64,000 bases of DNA from Verrucomicrobiaceae bacterium (GCA_051252135.1 JBPOGH010000017.1:39558-103557), one strand, 5' to 3'; shown: positions 48,280-59,552, numbered from the stretch's first letter. Program-made: numbers and translations. Notes: generated by a model not told the origin, from the letters alone.

Positions 48280-49833
48280 ATGGTCACTCGCCCGATGGAA
48301 TCTCCTTCACCAACACTCAGCGCCGCCATCCACATCGGAGCCAGTCATGCCTCGATGATCGTCGTCGCTAGCCCCAAAATCCCGGGCGATCCGCCCGAAA
48401 CCATCGATTTCTTCGAAAAAAACATCCCGCTGGGGCGCGACATCTTCCGGCACGGTGTCGTCCTCCCCACCACCATCGAACAAGCAGTCAAGGTCGTGAA
48501 AGGGTTCCAGGAATCCCTCGCCGAACAAGGCATGGGAGACATTCCGGTCCGCGCCGCCACCACCAACACTCTCATCGAAGCCCGCAACTCGGAGGTCTTC
48601 ATCAACCGCCTCCAGATCGCCTGCGGCTGGCGCTTCACCCCCCTCGATGACGGGGAAATGACCCGCCTCCTTTTTCTAAAAACCCGACGCCGCCTCCGCG
48701 ACACCCCCTCCATGCGGAAGCGCACCACCATCGTCGTCCACGTCGGCCCCGGTAACACCCGCGTTCTCCTCTTCAAAAAAGGCCGCATCATCCGCTACCA
48801 CAGCTACCGCCTCGGCACCCACCGGACCTGGGAACGCCTCAACTCGCCCGATCTCACCGGAAAAGCCATCACCAACCTCATCCGCGAACAAATCAGCGGC
48901 ATGATCGCCCAACTCTACTTCGACTTCCACACCGAGGAAATCGAAGACCTCGTCATGATCGGAACCGAGGTCCAAACCCTCTCCCCCTTCCTCTCCAAAC
49001 CGGACAAAACAAAATCCCGCTACGCCGTCCTTCAGCAACTCACCGAGGACATCGCCAGCGTCACTGAAAACGAACGCGTCAAACGCTTCCGCCTCGACTA
49101 CCAAACCGCCGGCTCCGCCCTCCCCGCCCTCGTCATCAACAGCGTCATCGCCGAAACCTTCGGCCTCAAATCCCTCCGCGTATCTCCCTCCGACTACGAA
49201 CGCGGTCTCCTCGCCGACCTCGCCATCCCCCCCGATCTCGAGGGCGAGCTCCGCAGGCAGCTCCTCCACTCCGCAGAAGTCACCGCCATCCGCTACGATG
49301 TCGACCTCAAGCACGCCTACCACGTCGCCCACCTCTGCCAGCAACTCTTCGACGCCACCACCGCCCTCCACCACCTCGATGCCCACGACAGCCTCCTCCT
49401 CGAGGTCGCTTCCGTCCTGCACGAAACCGGAAACCACATCTCTCCCAAGGCCCACCAGCTCCACTCCTTCTACCTCGTCCAACACAGCGAAATCTTCGGC
49501 CTGAGCGATACCGACCGCCTCATCGTCGCCCTCATCACCCGCTATCACCGAAAGGAAACCCCGCAGGCGGATCACGAAGCCTACACCCAGCTTCCCGCCT
49601 CCGATCGCATGCGCGTTGCCAAACTCTCCGCCCTCATCCGCGTCGCCGACGCCCTCGAGCGCTCACACTCGCAACGGGTCAAAAACATCTCGGTCGAACT
49701 CAGCGACAAAAAAATCACCCTCACTCTCGACGGCGTGCGCGATGCCACCGCCGAACGCCTCGCCCTCCCCTCAAAAGCCAACCTGTTCCAGGAACTCTAC
49801 GGCCTCACCGTCATCCTCAAAGAAACCGCATGA
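48280..49833 (+). CDS. ppx: Ppx/GppA-family protein with C-terminal HD domain (catalytic motifs degenerate)
   Basis: ASKHA-fold layout, LHETG...H..HS.Y and RVADAL; ATGA overlap with ppk1; the start may be 48295. Confidence 0.85.
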   Translation: MVTRPMESPSPTLSAAIHIGASHASMIVVASPKIPGDPPETIDFFEKNIPLGRDIFRHGVVLPTTIEQAVKVVKGFQESLAEQGMGDIPVRAATTNTLIEARNSEVFINRLQIACGWRFTPLDDGEMTRLLFLKTRRRLRDTPSMRKRTTIVVHVGPGNTRVLLFKKGRIIRYHSYRLGTHRTWERLNSPDLTGKAITNLIREQISGMIAQLYFDFHTEEIEDLVMIGTEVQTLSPFLSKPDKTKSRYAVLQQLTEDIASVTENERVKRFRLDYQTAGSALPALVINSVIAETFGLKSLRVSPSDYERGLLADLAIPPDLEGELRRQLLHSAEVTAIRYDVDLKHAYHVAHLCQQLFDATTALHHLDAHDSLLLEVASVLHETGNHISPKAHQLHSFYLVQHSEIFGLSDTDRLIVALITRYHRKETPQADHEAYTQLPASDRMRVAKLSALIRVADALERSHSQRVKNISVELSDKKITLTLDGVRDATAERLALPSKANLFQELYGLTVILKETA

Positions 49834-51905
49834 CTCTTGCCCTCATCAACCGCGAACTCTCTTGGATTGAGTTCAACCAACGCGTCCTCAACGAGGCCAT
49901 CCGCGAGGACCTCCCCCTCCTCGACCGCCTCAAGTTCCTCGCCATCACCGATTCCAATCTCGACGAATTCTTCCAGGTTCGCATCGGCGGACTCCTGAGC
50001 CTTCTCGAATCCGCGCCCGATTTCGTCGGCCCCTCCGGCCGCAATGTCCCCGACCAATTGGCTGCCATCGACAAACGCCTCCGCCGCTTCGTCAGAGACC
50101 AGGAAACCCTCTTCCTCAAAACCCTCCTCCCGGCCCTCAACGAAAAAGGCTTGGGCCGCCGCCTCATGGCAGAGCTTGATTCCGATCAACTCGCCCTCCT
50201 TCGGAAACATTTCGACGACCAAATCTCCCCCCTCCTCTCCCCCCTCCACCTCACCGCCCAGAACGCCCGCGAACTCATCCCCTCGCTCTCCATCTGCCTC
50301 GGTGCACGGATCCATGATCCCGAATCCGGGGATGACCGTGTCGTCAGCATCCCCCTTCCCCCCTCCGCCTCCCGCGTTGTCATGCTCGATAACGGAGGCT
50401 TCGTCCTCCTCGAGGATCTCATCGCCCACTTCTGCGATATCCTCTTCCCCGGAGAAACAGTCTCCCAAATCACCGTCTTCCGCCTCACCCGCAATACCGA
50501 CATCCCCGCCAACGAGGACGAAGCGCACGATTTCGCGGAAGAAATCCGTGAAGTCATCACCGACCGCATCGAATCCTTTCCCGTCCGCCTTCAACTCAAT
50601 CAGGACAACGACCTCAGCCGGGAGCTCATCACCCTCCTCGATGTCGACCAATCAAAGGTCCACCTCAGCAAGGCACCACTCGCCATCTGCCACTTCTTCT
50701 CCCTCGCCCTTGCCGATGGCTTCTCCCATCTCCGCACCGCACCGCTCTCCGGAGCAGAATCTCCCGACTTCGACCCCTCGCGCACCTTCTTTGACATGCT
50801 CAAGGAAAAGGACCTCCTCCTCGTCCACCCCTATCAAAGCTATCAACCGGTCCTCCGCTTCATCGAAGAAGCCGCCAACGATCCCGACACCCTCGCCATC
50901 AAACAGGTCCTCTACCGCACGGCCAAAAACTCCCGCGTCGTCGACGCCCTCGTCCGCGCCGCCAAGGCCGGCAAGCAAGTCACCGCCCTCGTCGAACTAA
51001 AGGCCCGCTTCGATGAAGCCCATAACCTCGAACGCGCCGACGAACTCCGCCGCGCCGGAGCTCAGGTCATCTACGGCGTCAAAGGCCTCAAAACCCACGC
51101 CAAAATCACCCTCGTCGTCCGCAAGGAGGACGGCGTCCTCAAACGCTACGTCCACCTCGGCACCGGAAACTACAACGAGGTCACCGCCGGCTTCTACACC
51201 GACATTTCCTACTTCACTTCCCGGCCCGACTACGGACTCGACGCCTCCACCTTCTTCAATGCCGTCACCGGACGCACCAAGCTCGAGAACTTCCAGGTCC
51301 TCGTCCCCGCCCCCACCCAAATGAAGGCCACCCTCCTCGACCTCATCGAGGAGGAGACCGCCCGCGCCCTCGACGGCGAACAGGCCCGCATCACCGCCAA
51401 GATGAACTCTCTTGAGGACACCGACATGATCGCCGCCCTCTACCGCGCCTCCGCCGCCGGCGTAAAAATCCAACTCAACGTTCGGGGCATCTGCTGCCTC
51501 AAACCCGGAGAACGCAAGGACGCCAAAAACATCGAGATCGTCTCCATCGTCGATCAACAACTCGAGCACATGCGCATCTTCGCCTTCCACCAGGGCGGCG
51601 ATCAGGAGGTCTTCATCTCCTCCGCCGACTGGATGACGCGCAACCTCTCCAAAAGGGTCGAGCTCATGACCCCCATTCGCGACCTCCCGTCCAAAAAAAT
51701 CCTCCTCAAGGTGCTTCAAGCCTGCTTCGCCGATAACCAGCAAGCCTCCCTCATCCAAACCGATGGATCCTCAAAACGACGCGAGCGCGCCAAAGGCGAA
51801 CGCAAGTTCCGCATGCAGGAACACCTCGCCGACTACTTCACCCGCCTCGCCACCTCCGCCCGGCAGGCCAAATCCTCCAGCCTCGAGCCACATCTTCCGA
51901 AATAA
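49830..51905 (+). CDS. ppk1: Polyphosphate kinase 1
   Basis: NRELSW..FN.RV, HPY.S, AIKQ.LYR, ELKARFDE, KTHAK, GTGNYN, SSADWM.RN. Confidence 0.97.
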   Translation: MTLALINRELSWIEFNQRVLNEAIREDLPLLDRLKFLAITDSNLDEFFQVRIGGLLSLLESAPDFVGPSGRNVPDQLAAIDKRLRRFVRDQETLFLKTLLPALNEKGLGRRLMAELDSDQLALLRKHFDDQISPLLSPLHLTAQNARELIPSLSICLGARIHDPESGDDRVVSIPLPPSASRVVMLDNGGFVLLEDLIAHFCDILFPGETVSQITVFRLTRNTDIPANEDEAHDFAEEIREVITDRIESFPVRLQLNQDNDLSRELITLLDVDQSKVHLSKAPLAICHFFSLALADGFSHLRTAPLSGAESPDFDPSRTFFDMLKEKDLLLVHPYQSYQPVLRFIEEAANDPDTLAIKQVLYRTAKNSRVVDALVRAAKAGKQVTALVELKARFDEAHNLERADELRRAGAQVIYGVKGLKTHAKITLVVRKEDGVLKRYVHLGTGNYNEVTAGFYTDISYFTSRPDYGLDASTFFNAVTGRTKLENFQVLVPAPTQMKATLLDLIEEETARALDGEQARITAKMNSLEDTDMIAALYRASAAGVKIQLNVRGICCLKPGERKDAKNIEIVSIVDQQLEHMRIFAFHQGGDQEVFISSADWMTRNLSKRVELMTPIRDLPSKKILLKVLQACFADNQQASLIQTDGSSKRRERAKGERKFRMQEHLADYFTRLATSARQAKSSSLEPHLPK

Positions 51906-52002
51906 GCCCGGAGATCCGCTCCTTTCCTCCGGACCCCACAATTTCATACTACTCTGGACATTTTCACACTAAGATCACCGGGTGATCGGTCGTAGTTGGA
52001 AT

Positions 52003-55000
52003 ATGTCTTACAAGTGGGTTGGCCTTTCCTTCCTTTTTAGCTCCCTAAGCTCCCTATCCTGCTTCGGAGAAGTCGATTTCACCCGTGAAGTCCGTCCCAT
52101 CCTTTCGGACAAGTGCTTCGCCTGCCACGGCTTCGACGAAGAAACGCGCGAAGCCGATCTCCGCCTCGACACCCAGGACGGCTCCCGCGAAGACCTCGGC
52201 GGCTACGTCGCCATCGAACCCGGCAAGCCCAAGGAGTCCGAAGTCTACCTCCGCATCATGTCGGATGATGAGGACGACATCATGCCTCCCACCAAGTTTC
52301 ACAAAACCCTCACCGCCCACGAAAAGGAAATCATCCGCCAATGGATCCTCCAGGGTGCCGAATACGAAGAACACTGGTCCTACCGCGAGATCGCCTCTCC
52401 CGAGCCACCCAAAGGCCACCCCGGAAACGCCATCGATGCCTTCCTCGGCCAGCGCCTGAAGGAAAAAAATCTCGCCCCCAGCCCCGCCGCGGATCCCATC
52501 ACGCTCCTCCGCCGCCTCTCCTGGGACCTCCGCGGCCTCCCCCCCACCGGCGATGAAGTCACCGCCTTCCTCAACGACCCGCAAGACGGCCGCTGGGAAC
52601 GCTGGGTCGACCGCTTCCTCAACGACCCCAAATACGGCGAGCGCATGGCCGTCTGGTGGCTCGACCTCGTCCGCTACGCCGACACCATCGGCTACCACAG
52701 TGACGCCGCCCGCGAGGTCTCCGCCTACCGCGACTACGTCATCAACGCCTTCAATCAAAACAAAGGCTACCACCGGTTCACCATCGAACAACTCGCCGGC
52801 GATCTCCTCCCTAACCCCACCACCGAACAACTCGTCGCCTCTGGCTACAACCGCCTCCTCCAAACCACCGAAGAAGGCGGCGCCCAAGAAAAAGAATACC
52901 GCGCCATCTACGCCGCCGACCGCGTCCGCAGCGTCTCCGATGTCTTCCTCGGCTCCACCCTCGGCTGCGCCCAGTGCCACGACCACAAATACGATCCCTT
53001 CTCCGCCAAAGACTTCTACTCCATGGCCGCCTTCTTCGCCGACCTCAAGGAAAACGGCGTCGGCAAAAGACAACCCAACCTCCAACTCCCCACCCCGGAG
53101 GAAACTCAAAAACTCAGGGAACTCGATGCCGCCATTGCCCTTCTTCAGGAAGAGCATCTCCTAAAAGACGAAGCCTTCCGCGCCAAAGTTCTCGCCACCC
53201 TACCCGGATGGGAACGCACCGCCACCTCGCAGGACTCCCCTTGGACCATCCCACCCGCGTCCGGCCTGAACGCCCCCAAAGGCACCCGCCTCGAACTCCA
53301 GCCCGACGGCTCCATCCTCGCCCGTGATAAGGTCGCCAACAACCCAACCTACTCGGCCAACCTCAAGGCCCAAGGCACCATCACCGCCCTCCGCCTTGAA
53401 GCCCTCACCGACCCCTCCTTCAAAACAAAAGACGGCTTCTCCCGTGACAACGGAAACTTCGTCCTCACCGGACTCGAACTCACCCACGAAGGGAAAAAGA
53501 TCAACTTCTCGGGCGTCCTCGCCTCCGTCGAACAAGACGACTGGCCCGCCAAGAACGCCATCGATGGCAAAAAGGACACCGGCTGGGCCGTCGGCGCCCA
53601 CACCCCCGCTGGCCGCAAAGGCACCCCGACTCTCGTCCTCATCTTGGAAAAACCACTCCAACTCGGCGACAAGGAAACCAACCTCCACCTCGCTCTTCAC
53701 TTCCAGTCCGGTCACCAGAGACACTCCATCGAACGCTTCCGCCTCAGCACCACCGATCGCGAAAATCCCAATCTCGACTCAACCCTCGCCCTCCCCGGAA
53801 ACATCATCGCCATCCTCAAAAAAGCGGATCGCAGCCCCGAAGAAGTACGAACCCTCTCCGACTTCTACCTCAAATCCTCACCCGAAATGCGCCGGGCCCG
53901 CGACCAACAAGCCGCCCTCGAAAAGGAAAAAGAGCAACTCAAAAACAGCATCCGCTCCACCCTCGTCTCCGAAGCGATGCCCACCCCGCGCATCACCCGC
54001 ATCCTCCCCCGCGGCAACTGGCTGGATGACTCCGGCCCCGAAGTCCAACCCGCCGTCCCCGAGTTCCTCCCCCACACGCCCGTCGAAGGTCGCCGCGCCA
54101 ACCGACTCGACCTCGCCCACTGGATTCTCTCCGAAAACAACCCGCTCACCGCCCGCGCCGCCACCAACCGTCTCTGGCGCCTCTTCTTCGGTCGCGGCCT
54201 CGCCGCCAACGTCACCGACCTCGGCGGCCAGGGCCAGCCACCCTCCCACCCCGAGCTCCTCGACTGGCTCTCCCATGACTTCCGGGAAAACGACTGGGAC
54301 ATCAAAGCCCTCGTCAAAACCATGGTCATGTCCCGGGCCTACCGCCAGCAGTCCACCGCCGACTCCCTCCTCCGCGAAAAAGACCCCGGCAACCAACTCT
54401 ACTCCCGCCAGGGCCGCTGGCGCGTCGATGCCGAATTCGTCCGCGATACCGCCCTCCAGGCCTCCGGTCTCCTCCACGATGAACAAGTCGGCGGCACCAG
54501 CGTCAAACCCTACCAGCCCGCCGGTTACTGGCAGCACCTCAATTTCCCCAAGCGCACCTGGCAACCAAGCACCGGCATCGACCTCTACCGCCGCAGCCTC
54601 TACACCTTCTGGTGCCGCACCTTCCTCCACCCCTCCATGCTCGCCTTCGACGCCCCCTCCCGCGAGGAATGCACTGCCGAGCGCGCCCGCTCCAACATCC
54701 CCCAGCAAGCCCTCGCCCTCCTCAACGATCCCATCTTCGTCGAGGCTGCCCGCAAGTTCGGCGAGCGCATCCACAGCCAACCCGGATCCACCCGGGAAAA
54801 AATCACCTGGGGCATGCGCGAGATCACCTCACGCGATGCCACCACCGACGAACTCAACCTCCTCGAAAATCTCTACACCGCCCAACTCGCCCGCTTCTCC
54901 TCGGACGAACCCGCCGCCAAAAACCTCCTCGCCACCGGTGACGCCCCCGTCACCGGCACGGCCCCACCAGCCGAGCTCGCCGCCTGGACCCAGGTCGGAC

Positions 55001-55041
55001 GCACCCTGATCAACGCTTACGAAGCCACCTCACGTTTCTAA
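52003..55041 (+). CDS. PSD1/planctomycete cytochrome c domain protein (DUF1549/DUF1553)
   Basis: CFACH and CAQCHDHKYDP heme motifs, WLDLVRYADT, PSHPELLDWL, PQQALALLN. Confidence 0.93.
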   Translation: MSYKWVGLSFLFSSLSSLSCFGEVDFTREVRPILSDKCFACHGFDEETREADLRLDTQDGSREDLGGYVAIEPGKPKESEVYLRIMSDDEDDIMPPTKFHKTLTAHEKEIIRQWILQGAEYEEHWSYREIASPEPPKGHPGNAIDAFLGQRLKEKNLAPSPAADPITLLRRLSWDLRGLPPTGDEVTAFLNDPQDGRWERWVDRFLNDPKYGERMAVWWLDLVRYADTIGYHSDAAREVSAYRDYVINAFNQNKGYHRFTIEQLAGDLLPNPTTEQLVASGYNRLLQTTEEGGAQEKEYRAIYAADRVRSVSDVFLGSTLGCAQCHDHKYDPFSAKDFYSMAAFFADLKENGVGKRQPNLQLPTPEETQKLRELDAAIALLQEEHLLKDEAFRAKVLATLPGWERTATSQDSPWTIPPASGLNAPKGTRLELQPDGSILARDKVANNPTYSANLKAQGTITALRLEALTDPSFKTKDGFSRDNGNFVLTGLELTHEGKKINFSGVLASVEQDDWPAKNAIDGKKDTGWAVGAHTPAGRKGTPTLVLILEKPLQLGDKETNLHLALHFQSGHQRHSIERFRLSTTDRENPNLDSTLALPGNIIAILKKADRSPEEVRTLSDFYLKSSPEMRRARDQQAALEKEKEQLKNSIRSTLVSEAMPTPRITRILPRGNWLDDSGPEVQPAVPEFLPHTPVEGRRANRLDLAHWILSENNPLTARAATNRLWRLFFGRGLAANVTDLGGQGQPPSHPELLDWLSHDFRENDWDIKALVKTMVMSRAYRQQSTADSLLREKDPGNQLYSRQGRWRVDAEFVRDTALQASGLLHDEQVGGTSVKPYQPAGYWQHLNFPKRTWQPSTGIDLYRRSLYTFWCRTFLHPSMLAFDAPSREECTAERARSNIPQQALALLNDPIFVEAARKFGERIHSQPGSTREKITWGMREITSRDATTDELNLLENLYTAQLARFSSDEPAAKNLLATGDAPVTGTAPPAELAAWTQVGRTLINAYEATSRF

Positions 55042-55042
55042 A

Positions 55043-56425
55043 ATGAACCCCATCAATCGACGCACCTTCATCAACCGCTCCACCATCGGCATCGGCGCCC
55101 TTGCGCTCAAGGATCAGCTCCTCGCCGACCAAGGATTCCGCCTCCCCAACGGAGCCAAGGCCAAGCGCGTCATCTTCCTCTGCATGGCCGGCGGTCCGTC
55201 CCACCTCGAGACCTTCGACTACAAACCCGAGCTCGCCAAACGCCACGGCGAAATCATGCCCGAGTCCATCACCAAGGGCCAACCCATCGCCCAGCTCCAG
55301 GGCAAGGAGCTCAAATGCCTCGGCCCCCAGTGGGAGTTCAACCGCCACGGAAAATCCGGTCAGGAAATCTCCAACGCCTTCCCGCACCTCGCCAAGATCG
55401 CCGATGACATCGCCATCGTCCGCTCGATGACCACCGAGCAAATCAACCACGACCCCGCCCACACCTTCATGAACTGCGGGACCCAAATCTCCGGCCGCCC
55501 CTGCATGGGCTCATGGAGCCTCTACGGCCTCGGCTCCGAAGCACGCGATCTCCCCGGCTTCGTCGTCCTCACCTCCGTCGGCGGCGGACAAAGCCAACCC
55601 ATCGCCTCCCGCCAATGGCACAGCGGATTCCTCCCCTCGGAGTTCCAGGGCGTCCACTTCCATTCCAAAGGCGACCCCGTCCTCTACGTCGGAAACCCTA
55701 AAGGCATCACCCGCGCCGACCAACGCGATGTCATCGACACCGTCAACGGCCTCAACAGCCTCCGCAACGACCTCGTCGATAACCCCGAGATCGCCACCAA
55801 GATCGCCCAATACGAAATGGCCTACCGCATGCAAGCCAGCGTCCCTGATCTCGTCGACCTCAAGGACGAAACCAAAGAGACCCTCGACATGTATGGAGCA
55901 CAACCCGGCGATGGCTCCTTCGCCAGCAACTGCCTCCTCGCCCGTCGCCTCGCCGAACGCGGAGTCCGCTTCATCCACCTCTACCACCGCGGCTGGGACC
56001 ACCACGGCGGCGTCAAAAACGGCGTCGGAAAAACCGCCAAACTCGTCGATCAGGGAGCCGCTGCCCTCATTCAGGATCTCAAACAACGCGGCATGCTCGA
56101 TGACACCCTCGTCATCTTCGGTGGCGAGTTCGGCCGCACCCCCATGTCCCAGGGTGGCGGCGCCAATCCCGGTCGCGACCACCACATCAAAGGCTTCTCC
56201 CTCTGGATGGCCGGCGGCGGCGTCAAAGGAGGCATCACCCACGGCGCCACCGACGACTTCGGCTACAACGCCGTTCAGGATGTCGTCTCCGTCCACGACC
56301 TCCACGCCACCATGCTCCACCTCCTCGGCATCGACCACTCCCGCTTCACCTTCCCCCACCAGGGCCTCGACATGAAACTCACCGGAGTCGAAGCCGCCAA
56401 GGTCGTCAAACAACTCCTCGCTTAG
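55043..56425 (+). CDS. DUF1501 protein (Tat-exported, sulfatase-like fold)
   Basis: NRRTFI Tat motif; GGPSHLETFDYKP, WDHH, GEFGRTP, GRDHH. Confidence 0.93.
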   Translation: MNPINRRTFINRSTIGIGALALKDQLLADQGFRLPNGAKAKRVIFLCMAGGPSHLETFDYKPELAKRHGEIMPESITKGQPIAQLQGKELKCLGPQWEFNRHGKSGQEISNAFPHLAKIADDIAIVRSMTTEQINHDPAHTFMNCGTQISGRPCMGSWSLYGLGSEARDLPGFVVLTSVGGGQSQPIASRQWHSGFLPSEFQGVHFHSKGDPVLYVGNPKGITRADQRDVIDTVNGLNSLRNDLVDNPEIATKIAQYEMAYRMQASVPDLVDLKDETKETLDMYGAQPGDGSFASNCLLARRLAERGVRFIHLYHRGWDHHGGVKNGVGKTAKLVDQGAAALIQDLKQRGMLDDTLVIFGGEFGRTPMSQGGGANPGRDHHIKGFSLWMAGGGVKGGITHGATDDFGYNAVQDVVSVHDLHATMLHLLGIDHSRFTFPHQGLDMKLTGVEAAKVVKQLLA

Positions 56426-56440
56426 ATACAGCGCGGACCC

Positions 56441-56477
56441 AAAAAAAGCCCGCACGAGCTTCCACTCGACGGGCTTT
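56441..56477. terminator. Bidirectional terminator
   Basis: AAAAAAAGCCCG-CACGAG...CTCGA-CGGGCTTT between convergent genes. Confidence 0.7.
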
Positions 56478-56499
56478 GAAAAAATCGAACTGACGCGAC

Positions 56500-57918
56500 C
56501 TAGTAGCGGTAATGCGCGGGCTTATACGGCCCGTCAACCTTCACATCGATGTAGTCGGCCTGCTCCTTCGTCAGCTTGGTCAGCTTCGCACCAATCTTCT
56601 CGAGGTGAAGTCTCGCAACTTCCTCATCAAGTTCCTTCGGAAGCACTTCCACCCCGATCTCGCGCGTGTCCTTGGTCTCCCAAAGGGCAATCTGCGCCAG
56701 CGTCTGGTTCGTGAAGGAGTTACTCATCACAAAGCTCGGGTGACCCGTGGCACAACCCAGGTTCACCAGACGGCCTTCAGCCAACATGTAGATGCTATTG
56801 CCATCCTTGAAGGTGTACTTATCAACCTGCGGCTTGATGTTGAGCTTCTCAATGCCGTCCATGGCTTCGAGCTCCGCGATCTGAATCTCGTTGTCGAAGT
56901 GACCGATGTTACAAACGATCGCCTGATCCTTCATCTTCTCCATGTGCTCGGCCCGGATGATGTTGAAGTTACCCGTGGTCGTGACGTAAATGTCACCCCA
57001 ACCAAGGGTGTCCTCCACCGTCAGAACACGGAAGCCTTCCATCGCCGCCTGAAGCGCACAAATCGGATCAACCTCGGTCACCACAACCTGCGCACCCTGG
57101 GCACGGAGCGCCTGCGCACATCCTTTGCCCACATCGCCGTATCCGCAAACAACACCCACTTTGCCGGAAATCATCACGTCAGTCGCGCGCTTGATTCCAT
57201 CAATGAGCGACTCGCGGCAACCGTAGAGGTTGTCAAATTTCGACTTCGTCACCGAGTCGTTCACGTTGATCGCAGGGAAGAGAAGTTTCCCGTCACGCTG
57301 CATCTGGTAGAGGCGATGAACCCCGGTCGTGGTCTCTTCGGAAACACCCTTAAGCTCGGGCACCCACTCATGGAAAATCCCGGGGAACTCGGCGTGAATC
57401 TGCTTGAGAAGATCCTTGATCACCGCTTCCTCGGTCGAGCTCGCCGGCTCGTTCACCCAATCACTTCCATCCTCCAGCTCGTAGCCTTTGTGAATGAGAA
57501 GAGTGGCATCACCACCGTCGTCGACAATCATCTGGGGACCCAGAGGATTTCCGCCGGCCGGATTCGGGAAACGAAGCGCCTGCCACGTGCACCACCAGTA
57601 TTCTTCCAGCGTCTCGCCCTTCCAGGCAAAGACCGGATAACCCGCCTCGGCCATCGCCGCCGCCGCGTGATCCTGGGTCGAGAAAATGTTACACGAACAC
57701 CAGCGAACGTCGGCACCCACTTCACGAAGCGTCTCCATCAGAACCGCCGTCTGAATCGTCATGTGCAGGGAGCCCATCACGCGCACCCCATCAAGCGGCT
57801 TGCCCGGACCATACTTTTCACGGGTCGCCATCAAACCGGGCATCTCGTGCTCGGCAACATCAAGCTCCTTCCGACCGAAGCCAGCGAGGGAAATATCTTT
57901 TACTTTGTAGTCTTGCAT
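56500..57918 (-). CDS. ahcY: Adenosylhomocysteinase
   Basis: [46 protein letters not shown]. Confidence 0.98.
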   Translation of the reverse strand: MQDYKVKDISLAGFGRKELDVAEHEMPGLMATREKYGPGKPLDGVRVMGSLHMTIQTAVLMETLREVGADVRWCSCNIFSTQDHAAAAMAEAGYPVFAWKGETLEEYWWCTWQALRFPNPAGGNPLGPQMIVDDGGDATLLIHKGYELEDGSDWVNEPASSTEEAVIKDLLKQIHAEFPGIFHEWVPELKGVSEETTTGVHRLYQMQRDGKLLFPAINVNDSVTKSKFDNLYGCRESLIDGIKRATDVMISGKVGVVCGYGDVGKGCAQALRAQGAQVVVTEVDPICALQAAMEGFRVLTVEDTLGWGDIYVTTTGNFNIIRAEHMEKMKDQAIVCNIGHFDNEIQIAELEAMDGIEKLNIKPQVDKYTFKDGNSIYMLAEGRLVNLGCATGHPSFVMSNSFTNQTLAQIALWETKDTREIGVEVLPKELDEEVARLHLEKIGAKLTKLTKEQADYIDVKVDGPYKPAHYRY

Positions 57919-57946
57919 AATTTCTTAAATTTGAATTTTTCAGTGT

Positions 57947-58306
57947 TTATTTTGAAGGCTTCTCCAGAGAACGGATCAGGCCTTGAAGCATGGCGGAAAT
58001 TTCTTTGTTTTCTGCTACGAGAGGTTTGATGGTTGATGAATCGGCAAGTTGAAGTTGCTGGGCAAGATAAAGCTGTGTTCGGAGTTCGGCATTTGATCCC
58101 TTAGCAATGCGGAGGAAACGAATGTAATCTCCGGCGGAATCTCGTTCACATCCTTCAGCGATGTTTGAAGGAACGGAAACACCGGAACGTTCAATCTGGG
58201 ATTTTAATCCGTAGTCATTGGTGCCTTTAACCAGCTTGTAAATATTGACAGACTGCCGGCACGCCCTTTTCCAAACTTCGAGTTCTTCAAAGGATTGGTA
58301 AGGCAT
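57947..58306 (-). CDS. Four helix bundle protein (23S rRNA IVP/bAvd-like family)
   Basis: FEELEVWK, Q..RS.VS.PSNIAEG..R, FL.IAKGS..E..TQ; AT-richer than its flanks. Confidence 0.92.
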   Translation of the reverse strand: MPYQSFEELEVWKRACRQSVNIYKLVKGTNDYGLKSQIERSGVSVPSNIAEGCERDSAGDYIRFLRIAKGSNAELRTQLYLAQQLQLADSSTIKPLVAENKEISAMLQGLIRSLEKPSK

Positions 58307-58340
58307 GACTTCAAACTGAACACTTCGAACTTCAAACTCC

Positions 58341-59534
58341 CTACTTAAAACTTCTCTTCAACGCCGCCACTTTATTAAGCTTCTCCCAAGGCAAATCGGC
58401 ATCTTCCTTGCCAAAGTGACCATAATTCGTGGAAGCAGAGTAAATCGGCTTCAGCAAACCAAGCTGCTTGACGATCTCGGCCGGCTTAAAGGAAAAGACC
58501 TTCTTCACCGCGGCCAGAATCTTCTCATCATCACCGGTATCAAAGGTATCAATATTGATGCTCAGCGGCTCGGGATGACCGATCGCATAAGCGAACTGAA
58601 TCTCACAAATCGGAGCCAGTCCCGCAGCCACCACGTTCTTGGCAACCCAACGTCCCATGTAGGCAGCCGAGCGGTCGACCTTCGAAGGGTCTTTGCCGGA
58701 AAAGGCGCCACCACCGTGACGTCCCCAACCACCGTAGGTATCAACGATGATCTTGCGGCCGGTCAGACCGGAATCTCCCTGGGGACCGCCAATCACGAAC
58801 TTGCCCGTCGGATTGATCAGATACTCGGTATCCTTCGTAAGAAGCCTCTTCGGGAGAACCTTCTTGATCACTTTCTCGATGCAGAATTTTTCGATCGTCG
58901 CATGATCCACCCCCTCGGCGTGTTGGGTCGAGATCACCACGTTCACAATGCGCTTGGGCTTGCTGTCGACATACTCCACCGCAACCTGCGTCTTGGCATC
59001 CGGCCGAAGCCACTTCGCCTGACGTCCCGCTTTCCGGATTTCGGTCAGTTTGCGACCCAACCGGTGCGCAAACATAATCGGGGCCGGCATCAATTCATCG
59101 GTCTCGTCACAGGCATATCCAAACATGATCCCCTGGTCACCCGCTCCCTGCTCTTCGGTCTTCTTACCCTTCGCCTTCTTGGCATCCACCCCTTGGGCAA
59201 TGTCCGCCGACTGCGAAGTCAAAAAGTTCGAAATGAACACCCTGTCCGCGTGGAAGATGTCATCGTCATTGGTGTAGCCAATCCCGCGAATCGCATCACG
59301 AATGACTTTTTCCACGTTAATCACCTCGCCCACCGGCTTGGAGCCAATCTTGGGAATGGAAATTTCACCGCCGACCACAACCTGATTCGACTTCACAAAA
59401 GTCTCACAAGCCACCCGGCTGTTCTTATCAATCGACAGGCACGCATCCAGAATGGCATCGGATATCGTGTCGGAAACTTTGTCCGGATGGCCTTCGCCAA
59501 CGGACTCGGAGGAGAAAATGAAGGACTTGCTCAT
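58341..59534 (-). CDS. metK: S-adenosylmethionine synthetase
   Basis: [44 protein letters not shown]. Confidence 0.98.
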   Translation of the reverse strand: MSKSFIFSSESVGEGHPDKVSDTISDAILDACLSIDKNSRVACETFVKSNQVVVGGEISIPKIGSKPVGEVINVEKVIRDAIRGIGYTNDDDIFHADRVFISNFLTSQSADIAQGVDAKKAKGKKTEEQGAGDQGIMFGYACDETDELMPAPIMFAHRLGRKLTEIRKAGRQAKWLRPDAKTQVAVEYVDSKPKRIVNVVISTQHAEGVDHATIEKFCIEKVIKKVLPKRLLTKDTEYLINPTGKFVIGGPQGDSGLTGRKIIVDTYGGWGRHGGGAFSGKDPSKVDRSAAYMGRWVAKNVVAAGLAPICEIQFAYAIGHPEPLSINIDTFDTGDDEKILAAVKKVFSFKPAEIVKQLGLLKPIYSASTNYGHFGKEDADLPWEKLNKVAALKRSFK

Positions 59535-59552
59535 GGCTTTTTTCTTTTTTGT

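Noticed and set aside
10007..56455. Long antisense and alternate-frame ORFs (e.g. 10007-11407, 16724-18358, 41027-42832, 45597-47555, 53324-55009)
   Set aside because: Shadows of real genes caused by strong codon and strand bias; low-complexity P/S/T or G/V/E translations
57947..58306. Diversity-generating retroelement (Avd-like gene)
   Set aside because: No adjacent RT and no TR/VR repeat pair seen; the intron at the window end is unrelated
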